NCBI GenBank assembly: GCA_020720365.1
Contig: DYOU01000007.1
Span: 1 to 57,715, forward strand
DNA length: 57,715 nucleotides
Origin: Candidatus Elulimicrobium sp.
GTDB lineage: Bacteria; Omnitrophota; Gorgyraeia; Zapsychrales; Fredricksoniimonadaceae
Direction: 5' to 3'
Shown here: one piece after another, positions 55,994-57,715 of the stretch
How the letters are laid out: the number at the start of each line of letters is the position of its first letter
Numbering within the stretch: position 1 is the stretch's first letter
Made by a program: the position numbers and the translations under genes
The notes under the pieces: model-generated
What the model was told of the DNA's origin: nothing
Databases searched by the model: none
The model's input: the letters and a program-made list of their open reading frames with translations, nothing else

Positions 55994-57715
55994 ATGCGTA
56001 TAATTTATATTTTTAGTTTTATGTTAGCCTTCTGCGCATTGTTATATGAGTTGTTGATAGCGCGTGTAGTGTCATTGTGGGCGGTCAACAATGGCATTTG
56101 GTATGCGATGGCTGTGGGGATCTTTATTGGAGGGATGGGGGTTGGCGCATGGTTGAGCAACCGATGGGGTAAGGAAGATCAGATTTGGCAGAAGCTGCTG
56201 AGTGTTGAATGTTGGCTGTCTATTGTTGGTGGATTTTCGGTTCTTGGGATTTATTCAGTAGCATTAGTTTCGCTCTTTTGGGAGGTACAGGGGCATGTCA
56301 TTGCGGCGAAGATGCTTTTCTTCGGGGGGGCTTTTATAACGGCTTCAGCCGTTGGTATTTGTGCTGGTATGGAATTGCCTTTATTGTTGGCCATGGCCGA
56401 TAAAACGGCAGGAGGGTCGTCTCATAAAAGGGTGGCGAAGGTGCTATTGATGGATTATGCCGGGGCATTGGCGGCGGGGTTAATTTTTGCTCTATGGATC
56501 ATCCCTGTGATGAGCGTTATGTCGGCCGTGATCCTGGTAGGGATATTGAATGCCGCTGTCGCGGGGGGCGTGGCCTATTATTACGGGGGTGTATCAGATA
56601 GAATGAAAGCTGGTCTTTTGCTGTTGGGCCTCAGTATTTTTCTGGTTTTATCTCCCTGGTTGGATGAGTATTTTATAGCGAAGTATTACTTTAGTTTTCA
56701 AGATGAGGTTTCTTTCGGTAGTTTTTTTAAGCCAAAGGATTATCCTGGAAGAGTTGAACGGATCCGATCGGCGTATCAGCAGATCGATCTTGTTACGGCG
56801 GATGATATTGGCCCGGAAGCCAGGGGGCTGTCGGCGGCATATATCCAACCTGTGGTTGACGATAACAAGGGGCTGGAAGGGACGGTCCTGTTCTTGAATA
56901 ATGATTTCCAGTTCGCTGTTTCTTTTGAACGTATTTATCATGAAGCGTTTGTGCATATTCCCATGTCTGTTCTGGAGGTTTTGCCGGGCAGGGTATTGAT
57001 CCTGGGGGGAGGGGATGGATTGTTGTTGAGAGAGGTCTTGAAATATCCTGAAGTACGAGAAGTGGTATTGGTGGATATTGACCCTAAAGTGATCGATATG
57101 TTCAGAAACAAGAAGTCGTTGGCCCAATTGAATGATCATGCGTTCCAGGATCCTCGCGTGCGCGTGATCGTTGCAGATGCGTATCAGTATGCACGTCGGT
57201 CCAGCGAGATGTTTGATATGGTTTTTTGTGATTTTCCGAATCCAGATGATTACGACCTTGCCAAACTTTACAGCCGTGAGTTTTATGTCTTTGTCCGCTC
57301 ACGCCTTAAAGAGAATGGCCTATTAGTGATCGATGCCCCAGGACTTGAAAGTGTGGAACAGGGGCGTGAGGCTGAACGCACAATAGGAAAGGTACTTGGG
57401 AGTACTCTTTATGCGTCAGGCTTTAAAGCGATCAGGCCTTTCTTTTCGCGCCTTGAGGAGAATAATCCGACAGCCTTGAAAGCTTTAGGTGAAGATGCCT
57501 CTATGCTAAGGGGTTATCTGGAAGGATTACGATCGGGCTTCATTATGGCGTGCGTCAACCAGTGTTCTTTTACAGCAAAACCGTTGCAGGTCCAGGGCCT
57601 TCGGGTGATGAATGATGAGAGAGTTAGGCTCGGGCTGAATGAGGGGGACTCTTTAATGGGGCTTATTGAAGGATCATCGGTGAACTCAATTGTGCGTCCA
57701 TTATTTCCTTTGAAG
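55994..57715 (+). CDS. speE: Membrane-fused spermidine synthase, running off the window end
   Basis: Manual translation from ATG 55994 gives a TM domain (FCALLYEL, GMELPL, DYAGA), then SAYQQIDL, LFLNNDFQF, YHEAFVH, VLILGGGDG, VDIDP and DFPNP. No stop was seen before 57715, and it is absent from the ORF track. Confidence 0.9.
   Translation, partial: MRIIYIFSFMLAFCALLYELLIARVVSLWAVNNGIWYAMAVGIFIGGMGVGAWLSNRWGKEDQIWQKLLSVECWLSIVGGFSVLGIYSVALVSLFWEVQGHVIAAKMLFFGGAFITASAVGICAGMELPLLLAMADKTAGGSSHKRVAKVLLMDYAGALAAGLIFALWIIPVMSVMSAVILVGILNAAVAGGVAYYYGGVSDRMKAGLLLLGLSIFLVLSPWLDEYFIAKYYFSFQDEVSFGSFFKPKDYPGRVERIRSAYQQIDLVTADDIGPEARGLSAAYIQPVVDDNKGLEGTVLFLNNDFQFAVSFERIYHEAFVHIPMSVLEVLPGRVLILGGGDGLLLREVLKYPEVREVVLVDIDPKVIDMFRNKKSLAQLNDHAFQDPRVRVIVADAYQYARRSSEMFDMVFCDFPNPDDYDLAKLYSREFYVFVRSRLKENGLLVIDAPGLESVEQGREAERTIGKVLGSTLYASGFKAIRPFFSRLEENNPTALKALGEDASMLRGYLEGLRSGFIMACVNQCSFTAKPLQVQGLRVMNDERVRLGLNEGDSLMGLIEGSSVNSIVRPLFPLK

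Noticed and set aside
1-57715. CRISPR arrays, transposases, integrases, rRNA/tRNA and stop-codon recoding
   Set aside because: None was seen by eye. Genes end normally at TAA, TAG and TGA, and the single in-frame TAG (27501) is in an otherwise degraded gene.

Overview
A 57.7 kb bacterial chromosomal segment, almost entirely coded on the + strand. It comes from a diderm organism, probably Candidatus Omnitrophota; this is inferred from recalled similarity of 35893-37905 to proteins of that phylum and was not checked against a database. Housekeeping genes include pckA, uppP, mscL, prfC, a stand-alone mnmD and speD/speE. The window also holds a type IV pilus cluster (pilB, pilC, major pilin, pilMN fusion, pilO, pilP, pilQ, three minor pilins including a ~710-aa modular pilin), a multi-PAS histidine kinase reading in-frame into a periplasmic binding protein, and a chemosensory cluster whose CheA homologue has lost its kinase and HPt domains. 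The best candidate for an undescribed system is at 37.9-44.2 kb. It is a divergent chaperone-usher-like pilus operon (triple-repeat subunit, major subunit, chaperone, and an usher-like protein carrying a Tad-secretin-type N-domain). It faces a small gene controlled by a c-di-GMP-I riboswitch. That gene's product matches the signal peptide and N-terminal donor-strand pattern of the major subunit but lacks the pilin body, suggesting a second-messenger-controlled pilus cap or terminator peptide. No rRNA, tRNA, CRISPR array or mobile element was recognised. All calls come from motif reading, with no database searches.
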